From positions 29,994,875 through 30,058,874 of the forward strand of contig NC_057737.1 in assembly GCF_004010195.1 (NCBI RefSeq): a DNA stretch of 64,000 nucleotides, in the 5' to 3' direction. The translations under genes were made by a program, and so were the position numbers. This stretch comes from Chiloscyllium plagiosum (Eukaryota). Below are positions 47,571 through 60,435 of this stretch, piece after piece; position 1 is the first letter of the stretch, and every line of letters starts with the position of its first letter. The notes below the pieces were generated by a model. The model was given only the letters and a program-made list of their open reading frames with translations. It made no database searches and was not told the DNA's origin.

Positions 47571-49299
47571 TTTGCAGTAATGTCATCTGAAACTAAATCA
47601 AGCAATGTTACAGCTTTATAACCTTAAATCTTGTTTCTTAATAGAAATTAATCCAGCTGCTATTTTAGGATATCAGTTGATCCTCAAATCAACAATCTTC
47701 TGTTGCAGTTTGCTCCACATGTCCTTTGGGAGAAAATTCTCTTCTCTAATCTGTAAACTTGCTCAGGATTTATGTAATTCCTATGGTGCTGTATTCCTTG
47801 TCCACAATAAGTCCCATTTACTGTCACTTCATCATTAAAAATAAATATAGGCTTTGTTCAGAATTTTATTACCTCAGGCTGGAATCATCTTTTTGGATTC
47901 TTCTCTGAATCCTTTCTAATTGAGATCAGACACCCAAACGTGCACACAGTATTCCAGGGTTTGATTTGTGCAGTCTCATTATTAATTGTTCTGACTTGTA
48001 ATTCAATGCTCTACAGATGCATGCCTCAATATCTGCTTCACAGTGACCAGCTCCTTTCGGGGGTATTAATTTATCACTTTTCATTTTTGGCATCAGCCAC
48101 TTCATTTAGGATCATTTTGGGTTAAAGACTCTGTTACTTCTGTTATCCGCATTGAAGTCCACCTGTCATATCTCAGCCCAGCCATGTAATTTAACCTTAT
48201 CCATCCACTGAGCTTCTGGGTTCACAGGTTTGGTATGTGTCTGCAGTCTGGGCATTTCAAGATTGATTTAAGTGCATACTTGGTAACTGTATCCTGTTGA
48301 CTTGATACTGCAAAGGTTATTGTCTGTCAGGTTTTTCATGTCATTGTTGAGATAGGGACAGAAATATGAGGTTGACTTTTAAGAGGCGAGTCAAGCTCAT
48401 CCATGAAGTTGTAGGACAACCTTGTTCACCCCAATTATCTATAGCAGACATTTCAGATCAGTAGAGATCTGAATTAAGTTAAATTAATCATTATCCAAAT
48501 AAATGTCTTTGGTCAACTTAAAAGGCAATGCAGGCGAGTAATGATTGAGTCATTTACAATCTTGCTAATGTCCAAAGCTTCACAGTATTAAATTGCACGC
48601 TCATGATTTTAGCAAAAATGTTGGTGGGTTTGAATTGAGCACCTCAGTTTGTTAAGCATTGGGTTTTAACAGAGGACCTATTAGCTATCAGCATTGACAA
48701 AGTGAGCTGCAAGCATGGTTTACTTCACATTCTAGCTGAATAAACTGTTCTGTGGAAACAAAGGAGAACTGGAGGATTAGAAAGAAGCATAGACTTAAGA
48801 AAGTTGCCAGCTAATCCATTTAAACCCAATGTTGATACTGTTGATTGATTTCTCTTGCTGGTTCAGATGCTGGTAATTGCAGTTGATAGTTTAATGGATC
48901 TGATTGTTAACAAAAATGTCATTAATAGAACAGTGTTCTCCTGACAACACAGGACTGTGTGAACACCACCTTCAAATTAAAATGGATTCTGAATTCTACA
49001 GTTTGTGCATTAATTCAGGTCAAGCTGAGTTGTGACTAATCAACATTTTAATATTTATTGAAACCTGATTTAAGGCTTTCAGGATTTTGTGGGAAATTGG
49101 TTTCATTTTATCAGTGAGCTGATCTGAATTTAGGCATCAAGCGATTATTGTATGCTCATGTAAAATGTTGATATTCTTCTTGGGCCAGTTTATGTAGATG
49201 GTATACTTTCCCTGCTCTAAATAACTATGTTAATTTTAGAATATACATTTTTTTTGCTGACTGTCAATTACGAAAGTATTTCAACTTACAAACTGCAAC

Positions 49300-49565
49300 C
49301 TCTTCCACATCAAAGGACAAGGGCAATGAAGACCTCATCACCAGTAAGTTCCCCTCAAATCAGCATAGCATCCTAACCTCGAACTATCACTATTTTTTCA
49401 CCATCACTGAGTTGAAAATCTGGAACTCTCTCCCTCACAACACTCTGGACACACCTGCACCAGGTGAACTCCAGCAGCTCACCACCACCTTCTGAACAGC
49501 AATTAGCCGTCAGCACAAATGCTGGCTTTGTCAGTAATACTCTTGTTCTATCAAAGACTAAAAGA
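49300..49565 (+). mobile_element. LINE 3' tail remnant (second family)
   Basis: AAGTTCCCCTC..CTGGAACTCTCTCCCT.ACA.CACT..CAGCTCACCACCACCTTCT..AAATGCTGGC. Confidence 0.6.
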
Positions 49566-49914
49566 AAAGAAGTCACTTTCTCAGAATATTATTGTTTGAC
49601 ACAAAGCAATGAGCTATCTTGAATGATAATTTCAGTTAACAATGCAACTTTGACGTTGGACAAAATAACATTTGTCCTTTTCTTTACCACACATTTTCTG
49701 GATCTTGGCCATTATGAACAAACGGTTCTACTTCTGTAAACTTGAAAGTAACGCAAGATTTGAATCTAAGATTGTCTTGTGTCAGTCTTCTGCAAACTTT
49801 ATAACAGTAAAGTACTGAAAAAGGTTCAATTAATTTTGTTCAATGTATTGTACAGGTTAATTCTCCAGACAGGAAATGGTTTGGACTTAATTTGCAGCTA
49901 AGTGGAATGGTTGG

Positions 49915-50740
49915 ATCAGCATTTATATAGTATGCTTAACATAGTAACTCAAGGTGCTTCTCAGGAGCATTGTCAAACAAAATATTGATGCTGATTGACA
50001 TGAAAGATCTTAGGACAGATGACCAAAAGCCTGGGAAAAGAGGAATGTTTTTAAGAAGCATTTTAATGCAGGAAAGATACATAGTGAGCCAGAAAATTTG
50101 AAAAAGGGAATTCCCAGAGTCTAGGGCTTAGGCACCAATGGAGGTATGTATCAAATGGGGCCTGGTCAAGAGGCCAAAAATGGAGGTGCACAAGGAAATG
50201 AAAAAAATTGTAGTGTTGGAGGAGTTTACAGTGATAGGACGGAGGGAATCTGTGATTTGAAAAGAAGGGTGAACATTTTAAGGACAGAAGCATTATCAGG
50301 TGGGGAGGCAATGTTTTTCTCAGCACACATTATATTGGTAGCTGAACCTAGCACTCAGGTGGGCAAGGTTTGGATGCGCTCAACTTTATGAAAGGTGTGA
50401 GCTTGGAATCTGGCCAAGAGCCATTTGGAATAGTCCACTCGAGAGAGGAACTAGGCATGAATCATGGTTTCAGCAGCAGGTGAGCTGAGTCAGGGCAAAG
50501 TTGGGTGATGTTGAAAAAGTGGATGTTGGTGGTCTCAATGATTGGGTGGGATTGTAGAACTCATCTCAGTGACAAATGTGGCACCATGTTTGCAAACTGA
50601 GTGTTACACCTTCAGACAGTTGCTAGAGGTAAGGATAGAGACAATTCTTAGGGAATGAGGTTTGTGGTAGCGATTTAAGACAGTGATGGAGAAGAGATGC
50701 ATTTAGAGGATAACATGGTCAACCATACCAAAGGCTACAA
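49915..50740 (-). mobile_element. Old L2 LINE remnant
   Basis: Begins with the antisense L2 tail (CATTTATATAG..CTTAACATAGT..CAAGGTGCTTC.CAGGAGC), the reverse complement of 56850-56915, and continues into degenerate ORF2 antisense. Confidence 0.55.
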
Positions 50741-51901
50741 ACAGATTGTTCTCAACAGAGAATATCAAAATTGATCTCAATGTCCAAGGAGAGAACCAAA
50801 ATTAGAAAATTGATTCTCTGATGAGCAAATATGTTGTCTTTTGAGAAGAATTATACGCACTGAAATGTTTCCTTCCAAGGTTTGGTTTGCCTTTTAGCTC
50901 TGACTATAGTGTGGTCAGTCATTAGAAAGCATTGTGTGTAACACTGGATGGATCTACATACAACTTACTGCATATAACATCTGATAATATCAAGCTAAAG
51001 TTAATGAAAGCCAAAGTAATGATAAAACAAAGAACTCTGGATGCTGGAAATCAAAAAACCCAAAAGAAAACACTGAAGCAACTGAGCAGGTTGACCATCA
51101 CCTGTAAAGAGAAAAACAGAGACAATGTTTCAAGTCCAGAGATCCTATGTCAGAACAGTAATTAAGTAATAAGTTTGTGTAGCTTGAGATCCTCCATAGT
51201 CAAGTGTTAAAGTGTTAATTTAATATTTGACTTGCTCGCTACTGATGTTCTCAAAAGGTTGGGACATCTGCACAAATACATGATGATTTCCATTTCCAAA
51301 TTACGACATTCTTCTTCTGATGTAATAAATGTGTAAAATGACTTGTATACTATGCTGCACTTGAGATCTCTGCAGCAGAATTGAGTGATAAGGCTTAGTT
51401 CCAAATGTTAACTCCGTTCAGTCAAATGATTCACATCCATCCATTCTTAATTTAGATTGCTGATATTCAAATTCTACAGTCATTTGCTGTGTCACAGTCA
51501 ATGATCCAGGTAAGTCTGGCTCTTCCCTAACAACCGAGTTGCTGATCATTTGCTTATCATGTTAAAGAACATAGAAATCTGCCAAAATTGAAACTGAAAG
51601 CAGCTCAATGAATTGGGCTCAGTTGCTGATGCTTTGTCTTTTTGGCACAGTTCCAGTCTTGGTCTTGCAATAAATCATTATGTTCTTTGTATTGTGAGCT
51701 AACATGAGGATAGTTTTTGTTTGTTTTATTCGAATGCAAACATGTTGGATCTGCAAAGACAGAGAGTACTTTGGAAATCCTCGAGACTGCTGGAAATAAT
51801 CAGGCAGGTTGCAAGTCTGTTTGCCAATAATGGCAGAACCCATGGATTGAAAAGGTGCCTGTGGGGCTACAATGGGAAAATAGCTAAGCCAGTTTCAGAG
51901 G

Positions 51902-52067
51902 ACAAAACAGAAAACGCTGAAGAACCTCAGCCAGTCTGGCAGCGTCTGTGGTGAGAGATATACAATTAGCAAATTAGTTCTGAAGGTGAGTCTTTAGATT
52001 TGAAGTGTTAACTCTCTGCCCCAGATGCTGCTAGGCCTGCTGAGTTTTTCCTAGCAGTTTCTGATTT
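51902..52067. mobile_element. Degenerate PLE terminal-repeat hairpin
   Basis: CTCAGCCAGTCTGGCAGCGTCTG (left) versus CAGATGCTGCTAGGCCTGCTGAG (right), with an eroded CTGAAG..GAAGTGTTA core at about 51980-52010. Confidence 0.5.
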
Positions 52068-52174
52068 TCATAGCATCATAGAATCCCTACAGTGTGGAAC
52101 CAGGCCAATCGGCCCATCAAGTCCACACTGCCACTCCGCAGAGCACTCCACCCAGTCCTTATAACTCTGCATTT

Positions 52175-53800
52175 CTGATGAATACAAGTGTTTGGGCACC
52201 ACAGCTGCTCTGTAGACCTGGAATTTGGTGCTGGGTTGAGCTGTCAGACTTTGAATACTCTGTTCCTCAGACATCCAAAGGCTGCACTGGTGCATTGGAG
52301 TCATTGTTGCATTTCGTTGTCAAGGTCTGCTTGAACTGAGACGAGGCTCCCGAGATATGGGAAATAAACCATATTATCCAGAAGCTCTCCATGGATTTTG
52401 ATTGTCGGAGGTTCATTGTTGTGTAGCAGGAGTGGCCTGATAGAGAAAGTTTGTTTTCCTGATGTTTAGTCTGAGGCCTATTCTCTCTCTCACCTTGGTG
52501 AATGTGTTGGCCTCTGAGTGTATAAACATGCAGCTTTTCTGCACACTGTAGCTGTAATGGTAGAAGTTCAGGTGGTCTTGGCTCTGGCTTGGAGACGCTG
52601 AAGGTTGAACAGTTTCTCGCTCATCCTGAGGGTGAGCTCCACTCCAGCAGGAAGGTTCAGTGGAGATGGGGTGGAAAATGGAGAAGAGTGTTGGTGTGAT
52701 GGTGCAGTCCTGCTTGACCCCAGTTTGCCCCTCGTATTGGATCCTGTGCTGGATCAGCTGGTAAGGATCACGGCTTGCATGTCATCATGCAACTGGTGGG
52801 GAATGGTGATGATTTCCTGCAGGCAGCGAATTTGAAGAGAATATTCCACAATCCTTCACAGTTGGCAGAGCTGGAAGACCTTTGTGTGGTCGAAGAAGGT
52901 CTTATACAGAGGTGGGTGCTGTCTCCTGGGATTATCGTGCACTGGAAATCATGTTTGTTGTGCCTCTTGACAAGCAGAAGCTGCATCAAGACTTAGGAAG
53001 GAGGATCAGACTTAGGTTAACCCAACAAAACCTAGCTGTAACCCTATTACCCTTCAGCCACTAGGAGGAGCCAGTTGAGGAGGATTCTCATGGTTACTTT
53101 TTGGTGTGGTGGACAGAAGGGAAATCCCTCTGTAATTTCCACAATCAGACTTGCCTCCTTTTTTGAAGATGATCACAATTTTGGTGTCTTTGAGATCTCC
53201 CAGCATGCTGTCTTGCTTTCAGGCGAGGGTGATGAGGCAGTGGATTCACGGCAAATGTGCTTCTTTGTTGTGTTTTAGCTTCTGCTCCCATGGTTGTTTT
53301 ACAGAGGGACAGTTTGGGGTGGAGGATGTGATGGATGCCTGTGCTCAGATTCTTTTTATGTGGAGTGGACCAACTGCCACATGGTTCCTGCAGCGTAAGA
53401 TGTTGACCCAATGTGAGGGATACCCCGACACAATTGGAGACCAGGATCTGCTGTAGGACAGGGGTGGGGACCAGTAGTTACCAATTGGTACCAAGGTGGA
53501 GTAGCAGATGAAGCCCACAGTGATGGGGACCAGTAGTGTCCAGATGTCAAAGGGATATCCAAACCAGAGACCTGGGATCTGAGTTCCTGTGATGGTCAGT
53601 TAAAGATCAAGTTAAGGTGATACAAAAGGAGCAAGGAGAGGCTGGCCTCGTTCAGATCAGAGACGTGTTGCTGGACATTTGCCTGGAGCTGCCCTTGACT
53701 GATCCAACCCTGCCACATCCCGGCACCAAGGTATATTTAACTGGAAGGTCGCTCTCCCTTCAATCTACGGCCTTTAAAATTATTCTACACACATGGGCAC
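52175..53800 (-). mobile_element. RTE-clade LINE remnant (RT region)
   Basis: Minus-strand peptides GVKQDCTIT (GVKQG motif), LPAGVELTLRMSEKLFNL, KVTMRILLNWLL.VAE, YFPYLGS and VYRAAVVP.HLYSSE. Many stops and frameshifts. Confidence 0.75.
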
Positions 53801-53886
53801 TCGATGTGATATGCAACAGTATTCAGAAGCCTTAGAATCATGAATCACACAGTACGGAAGAGGCCATTCGGCCCATCAAGCCTGCT

Positions 53887-54105
53887 CAGTCGGTTCTGCT
53901 ATAATATGGTAATTCCGTTCTCATGCAATCTTGTGTTATGAGAAAATAGCACAATAGCAGCACTATTTAAACTAATGGAACTGGAATTACATTATAACCA
54001 ATCCACGCTTTAAAAGTTCACATTTTAGAGACATTTTCTCCAATTTGTCAATGGTGTTACAGCAAATTTGCATTAATGAAATGTACATTACAGCAAAACG
54101 ACCTG
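53887..54105. mobile_element. Tigger/pogo-like MITE inserted in a CR1 3'-tail remnant (about 53835-54212, minus strand)
   Basis: TIRs CAGTCGGTTCTGCTATAA / TTACAGCAAAACGACCTG followed by TA. The left TA is eroded. Confidence 0.6.
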
Positions 54106-54454
54106 TACCACCAACAATATACTCGTTCCTCTTTCCCACACTAGACCCAAAGCCTTGACTGTTTTGATATTCAAGTGCTCATCCAAGTACTTTTTAAAGG
54201 TTACGAGATTTAACACTTAACTGTGTCTGAAGATGCATGTTTTTGGTAGACAGGACAGATCACAACTATATGGCCACAAATAATATACATAAAGTTAAAC
54301 TATAAACCTACCAGGGCCCATAAAAGCTCCTTCCCAATGAATGCATAGCTTTAACGATATGGTTATGGAAGACCTGTACAAAACATACAAACTGTAGAAT
54401 CTTGCATCACAGGTGGAGGTCATTTGACCCTTCATGGCTGTGCCAACTCTGAGA

Positions 54455-54720
54455 TAGGGAGTCAATGAGCCAACAGTCCAGGACCCCAGGTAAATCTGGG
54501 GACATGGGGTTCAAAGCCCCGTGGCAGACCTGAAATTTGCATTTGGTAAAATCTTAAATAAAGAGCAAGTTTATTGACCATATCAATTGTTGCAAAAAAT
54601 CCATTTCCTTCACTAAAACATTTTAGGGAAGGCAGTCTGCCACCTTACCTGCTCCGGCAGCCATATGGTTCACTCTAGATGGGAAATAATACTGGCCTTG
54701 TGATGCCACATCCTATGACA
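54455..54720 (+). mobile_element. Degenerate tRNA-derived SINE (26858 family)
   Basis: TGGGGACATGGGTTCAAA..TTTAGGGAAGG..CTGCCACCTTACCTG..CACATCCTATGA. Confidence 0.55.
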
Positions 54721-54729
54721 ATTGAATAG

Positions 54730-54890
54730 TTGATTGATTGATTTATTATCATGTATACCGAAGTATAATGAAAGTCTTTGTTTACGAGCAGTAAAAGCAG
54801 ATCATAGTCAGCAAGGACATGCAGATCAGAAAGTCTTAGACATAGCCATACAGGTTACATTGCACAGGGCATGTGCGAGGTGTGATCAGC
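54730..54890 (-). mobile_element. Rex1/Babar-type 3' tail fragment
   Basis: (GATT)n followed by TTTATT.TCA.GT.TACC..AGTA.A.TGAAA, the same architecture as 63295-63360. Confidence 0.4.
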
Positions 54891-54976
54891 ACTCACACAT
54901 TTATCTAACTTCTTTATAAACATTGCTGTTGAGTCTGCTTTCATCATCCTTTTTGTATTCTAGATCATCCTGTTCA

Positions 54977-55311
54977 TAGATTCCCTACAGTGTGGAAACA
55001 GGTCATTTGGCCCAACAAATCTACAGTAGCCCTCCGAAAAGTAACCCACCCAGACCCATTCCCCTACCCTATATTTCCCCCTGACTAATGCTCCTAATCC
55101 ACCCATCCCTGAACATTATGGGCATTTCAGCATGGCCAATTCACCTAACCTGCACATGTTTGAACTGTGGGAGGAAACCGGAGCACCCAGAGGAAACCCA
55201 CGCAGACACAGGAAGAATGTGCAAACTCCACAGTCACCCGAGGCTGGAATCAAACCTGGGACCCTAATGCTGTGAGGCAGCAGTGCTACCCACTGAGCCA
55301 CCATGCCACCC
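54977..55311 (-). mobile_element. HE1-type V-SINE (tRNA head, V domain, CR1-like tail)
   Basis: Minus strand: GGTGGCTCAGTGGGTAGCACTGCTGCCTCACAGC..GGTTTGATTCC..GGAGTTTGCACATTCT..GCGTGGGTTTCCTCTGGGTGCTCCGGTTTCCTCCCACAG..TTTCCACACTGTAGGGAATCTA. Confidence 0.9.
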
Positions 55312-56584
55312 TCTGCTGTCACTCCGTTTAAAAATCCCACAAACCCCTTAGCTTTTTTCTCAGTTCCCAGCCCCAGTTTAGAGAACATAAAATAAACTGT
55401 CTGTCCACTCACTTAGTGTATCATTTATAATATTGAACATCTTTTCACATTTTTGCTTAAATTCTTCATTTGAACTAATATACACAGAGGATGCAATTTC
55501 AATTTGAACAATCTTATTTGTGTCATTAATTGACTGTCATTGTTATTAATGTCCTGGTTATTTTGTGTGTCAAATGATCAGGTTGCTGAGTGCAGCTATT
55601 CAGAGCAGCACTGTCTTCTCTCCAGTTATTTGGTCCCTTTCCAGTTTTTATTTCTGATTCCTAACTTTGACAGTCAAATCATTTCTGACCCGTTCTCCAG
55701 TATTGTTCATTCGATTCCTAATGATGTGCAGCTTGCCACTAGCAGAAGCGTTCTTGCAACTAACCCATTTCACACTACCTTCACGCTTTAAGTGAGGTGA
55801 TAATGAACTCGAGAAGAACTGTGCATTTTTTTCTCTCTCTCCAGCTCAGTTTCACACCCAATGCTGAGGGGGTGGGCTTTGGTTGCGGTGGTGGGTGTTG
55901 GGGGTAAGAGGAGTTGTGGTGGGGGGGCAGCGCGGTGGGCAGTGGTAAATGTGGAAAGTGAATGGTGTTTGGATAGGATTGTGTTTCCATAGCGAAAACA
56001 CATCTTTACACCTGCAGCTTGGCAAATGGAGCTGCAGACACGGCAGTTTAGTTTAGATTCATAGCTAGGTGTGATTCACGCTGGATCAATTTGTCATCCT
56101 ACTAAATGAAAACTAATTACTTCCTTGGGAAAATTTTCTTTGGAATTTTAGCTGGTTATTGACTGCCTCCATGGAGAAATGCAGCAGAACCTGATGCAGG
56201 CTGGAATGCAAAAGGTTGTGGCAAACCAGTCTACTTTCGCAAATCTCCTTTGATAATAATTTAATCAGAATCTTATTTTGTCTTTGGTGTGTGGTTGGAA
56301 GAAGTATTCAGCAAATAAATGAATTCTGATTCATTTTCTATCCTCAAATCCAATCCTTAGGTAAATTCCTTTATTTTCCTAGATTGTCACCAAGCATCTT
56401 CAACGGATGAAACAAATTCTGTGGGATAAAGGATATAGTTTTCCCTGTAAAGAGATTACCAACAAACTGATCACTATGGAAATTTGTGTTTTTTATTCTT
56501 CCCTTATGCAAGGAATTACAAACCCAATGGAGAGAACACTTGATTCCTTCTGTGCACTTAAGTCTCATAAAAATCTTCTGTTCC

Positions 56585-56918
56585 AGAAACACATTGTTTT
56601 CAAAATTCTCATTTTTGTATTCAAGTCCTTTTTGATCTTACCACTCTCTCTACCCCACACTCTACCTCTCGCCCACCCTTTACTGCTTTGGGGAACCTGC
56701 ACTCCTGGCCGAACATGCATCTATAATCTTCATTGCTCCATCTTTGGAAGCCATCTTCTCATTTACCTTGGACCTTAACTCTTAGCCTAAACCTCTCTAC
56801 TACAATGTCCTAACATCTTCCTATGGCTTGCTGTTAAGTTTTGTCTGAGCTAACTCCTGAAAAGTACCTTTCGATATTTTTTACATTAAAGGCATTATCT
56901 AAATCCAAGTTGTTGCTT
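56585..56918 (+). mobile_element. L2 LINE 3' end remnant
   Basis: TTTCAAAATTCTCAT..TTCAAGTCC (FKIL...FKS) and a tail CATTAAAGGCATTAT.TAAAT.CAAGTTGTTG. Confidence 0.6.
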
Positions 56919-57204
56919 TTGTTTATGTTTATTCAAAATGTTTTATCTTTTCATCAGACTGGCATTATTATCACCTTGACATCACCAAATATGTCCTTCA
57001 CCATGAAAGTTAAAGTTGAGATGACCCAAAAAGAAGCTAGTGGGTTGTCAATTCATTGTACTAATGGACACAAGATAACAAATTCCAGTTGACATAATGC
57101 TTGTGTATGAATCATTTTAACAGAAATGCTGTTGAAGATGCAAATAGTTCACCCAATTCTAATAGGTACCTTTTTGGTTTAAGAAAGGCCATAAAGATAA
57201 AGCA

Positions 57205-57415
57205 AAGAAAGACTTGCATTTTGACAGCACTTTCATGATTTCAAGTCAGTCCAAAGTGCTTTGCAGCCAATTATGTTTTTGTTTAAAACATAGTTCTTAT
57301 TGCAGTGTAGAAAGCACTGTAGTCAATTTGCACACCGCACAATCTCTCAAACTGTAACGCAATAATCTGGTAATGATCTGGTTTGAGGTGTTGATTAAGG
57401 GATAAATACTGGTTT
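57205..57415 (-). mobile_element. Deu-domain SINE 3' half remnant
   Basis: AAAGACTTGCATTT..CAGCACTTTCATGA..CCAAAGTGCTTT.CAGCCAAT..AATTTGCACAC.GCA..GTTG.TT.AGGGATAAATA.TGG is antisense to the Deu-SINE 3' half. Confidence 0.6.
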
Positions 57416-58483
57416 GGGTTCTGAAAAGCTCTTGGCCATTTTTATTTCCATTCTTTTGTGAGGGGATGGCTGGAACGGAGTGGTGATTGGAGTGGTGATT
57501 TTCCTGTCATCGTGGTAAGGTGAGATGAAAACTAACAATGATCAGACTTGCAGACACACTGACATGTTATATTAAAAATAAAACAACCCTACAGACAAAG
57601 ATTTTGCTGAAATTTTGAAAATACAGGAAAATTGTTGGTAAGGAATCTTGACCAGATCATGAAAATTCTCAACTTCAGGAAACAAGTCCCAGACAATGTC
57701 CAGGCATTTTGTCTGCAATCATTAAATATGAATTGTCTAGATAAATATCGAATGATTTTTGAATTGTTTAGGAAAGTTCAAATTCCACCTCTCCCCTTGA
57801 AAGCATACTTTTTCTGAAGCCACGGGTTGAAAATAAGATCCTGCTGTTTACAGAACATTGCAATCTTAACATAACTGAATTGATTTCAAGTTGATGTGAG
57901 AACAAACATTTTACATGTGAACCCTTCCATGGAATCTGGTGTCTCTTTAGCATTTGCCATTTCATTACTCAGGAAGTGGTGCTGAGCGAAAGAGGAGTAA
58001 GGACCTATCTATCTGTCAGATATCCTGATAACACGTTGTATGGGGCTTTCAAAGTCCTGCCTTTCGGCATAAAGGCATTAACCCACTGATAGCAATCTTG
58101 TCTGAGTGTGACTGATACCTGCTATCAGCCAGAAGTGATAGGAATAACATGATTGCCTTAACTCCTCTCTCTTTTTTTATTTTAAATTTCCATTTTCTTG
58201 TTTACTGGTCTTCCGTTGTAAGTTGCATTTGAAAATTCAAAATTTCCAGTGCACCCCACAATCTTCTGAAGTCAGCAGGCTTTTTTAGATATTGGAAGCG
58301 AGATGCTTACATGTATTTTTCTGAATGCACCTCAAATTGAATTTTATGGTCCAAATACATTCTGTCTGACGCAGCTCCATATTAAGTAACATCACTGAAT
58401 TAATTGCCTTTAATTTGGCATGACTTTAAAATTACAAAGATGATATAATTTACAACTAAACCTGATCCTCTCAATTGTATATT

Positions 58484-58953
58484 TAGAGTCAAAGAGATGT
58501 ACAGTATGGAAACAGACCCTTCAGTCCAACCGGTGCATGCCGACCAGCTATCCCAACCCAATCTAGTCCCACCTGCCAGCACCAGGCCCATATCCCTCCA
58601 AACCCTTCCTATTCATATACCCATACAAATGCCTCTTAAATGTTGTAATTGTACCAGCCTCCACCACTTCCTCTGGCAGCTCATTCCATACATGTAACAC
58701 CCTCTGCGTGAAAAAGTTGCCCCTTAGAGGTCCCTTTTATATCTTTCCCCACTCACCCTAAACCTATGCCCTCTAGTTCTGGACTCCCTGACCCAGGGAA
58801 AAGACTTTGCCTATTTACCCTATCCATGCCCCTCATAATTTTATAAACCTCTAGAAGGTCACCCTTCAGCCTCTGACGCTTCAGGGAAAACAGCCCCAGC
58901 CTGTTCAGCCTCTCCCTATAGCTCAAATCCTCCAACCCAGGCAACATTCTTGT
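58484..58953 (-). mobile_element. CR1 LINE (HER1-like) 3' end
   Basis: MLPGLEDLSYRERLNRLGLFSL..RLKGDLLEVYKIMRG. Near-identical to 41-740 without the hairpin insert. Confidence 0.93.
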
Positions 58954-59326
58954 CAGTCATTTCTTTGAAATGCCTGAAGAAGATAAACATTCCTTTACTC
59001 ATAAATGTCCTCTGTTCATTTTTAAAGAATGCTTTGCTCCAGTTTTCTTTGCATTGCCTTCTATGATACACTCTGTCCATCTGTTTTGTTCACAATGGAA
59101 CTCTTTTGTTTGCAGTCAAGAAATTGTTGACAAGGGATGGTCATGTTTTATTTCTAAACCGAAAGGAATAGCTCTTGCCATGTGGATTTACTCTTCCATT
59201 GTATTGTATGCCAATTATAACTCAGTGAAAAGGGTAAATGTAATCAGTTTAAAGTTGTGACTTTATGATAGTGAAAGAGTCCAGTCTCTAAGTTAAACAA
59301 GTTAAGGAAATTTTAAAAAAGACATG

Positions 59327-59436
59327 TGGATGCTAGAAATCAGAAACAAACTTTCTGAAGTAGGGTCATTGAACCCAAAACGTTAGCGCTGCTTTTTCTC
59401 CGCAGAAGTTGCGCAACCTGCTGAGTTTTTCTTGCA
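59327..59436 (+). mobile_element. PLE terminal-repeat remnant (another family)
   Basis: CTGAAGTAGGGTCATTGAACCCAAAACGTTA (eroded hammerhead-like core, 59355-59385), then CAGAAGTTGC..ACCTGCTGAGTTT. Confidence 0.5.
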
Positions 59437-60352
59437 AGTTAAAGAAATTGTTTTTACAAACCACTTGGAGCAGGGAATTTTTCAACACTGCTGAATTCAA
59501 TAAACTGCAAATGGCTCCACAAGTTGAATCGTTTAATCTCAGTGACAAGATGCTAAAAGAGCAAAAGTTGATATATATGTTCATGATTGCTGATAGTATG
59601 CTTCACCTTAAGCATAGTTTGAGGATAAGCTAGTGCTCTGAAGGATCACTCCGTGTTATGCATGCTTTCCTAAGTAAGTGCTCCATCCCTTAAGCATAAT
59701 TTTTTTTCCATGTATGAGACTGAAAAAAGACAAATATGCCAACACTCGAGTCATTTGTGAAAGGTTTCTCCTTGAATTTGCTAATTTACATCAGTGCAGC
59801 TCAGGTAGAATTCACTGAATCATTACAGAAGGTGGAGATTCCTTTTCATTGTGTTGCTGCGGTGTTTGAGGCCTGGGTTGCAGATTATTACCATGTACAA
59901 TCTCAAGGTCTGAGCTGTGTTTGGCCAGAATTCAGTGAAGTGCCAGTTTTTGCAAGTTTCATGAAGGGTTTCTTAGTGAGTCCCAGTGAGTTCTCTCGGA
60001 TTAACTTCCCTGCCCCATTACCTTTGCACCATGTTCCTATGTCACCCCACTTGTCATATTCTCCCACTCGCTACAGGCAGAAGAACTGGCCACTGCTGGG
60101 ACCTCCAAGCATTCCTGACCCTAGTACCAACTTTGAAGTCAAGCACAGGCAGACTGTAGCTGCCCTTCACAGATGTTGTCAATTTCCCCAGAATTATCGG
60201 GCTGAGGGAAATGGGCACCCGCTTTGCCAACCAACTTCTGGTGAATGGTGTGCTGCCACTATGTCAGAAGGCTGCCCTGAGTTGTTAGTGACAACTGTCC
60301 AACGTGGAGGCCTGGGAAGCAGGCGATGAGCTGGTGTTGGCAGGTTATGGCT

Positions 60353-60435
60353 CTGAAAATGTGTTGCTGGAAAAGCGCAGCAGGTCAGGCAGCATCCAAG
60401 GAGCAGGAGAATCGACGCATGAGCCCTTCTTCAGG
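60353..60435 (-). mobile_element. Single-arm PLE terminal-repeat insertion, family A
   Basis: CTGAAAATGTGTTGCTGGAAAAGCGCAGCAGGTCAGGCAGCATCC..CCCTTCTTCAGG matches 10642-10731 with a small internal deletion. Flanked by a 16-bp direct repeat. Confidence 0.8.

Noticed and set aside
59736-60329. 197-aa ATG-initiated ORF, the longest ORF not clearly assignable to a LINE
   Set aside because: No recognisable domain, and it overlaps what looks like a decayed repeat block. A chance ORF is likely; a protein search would settle it.
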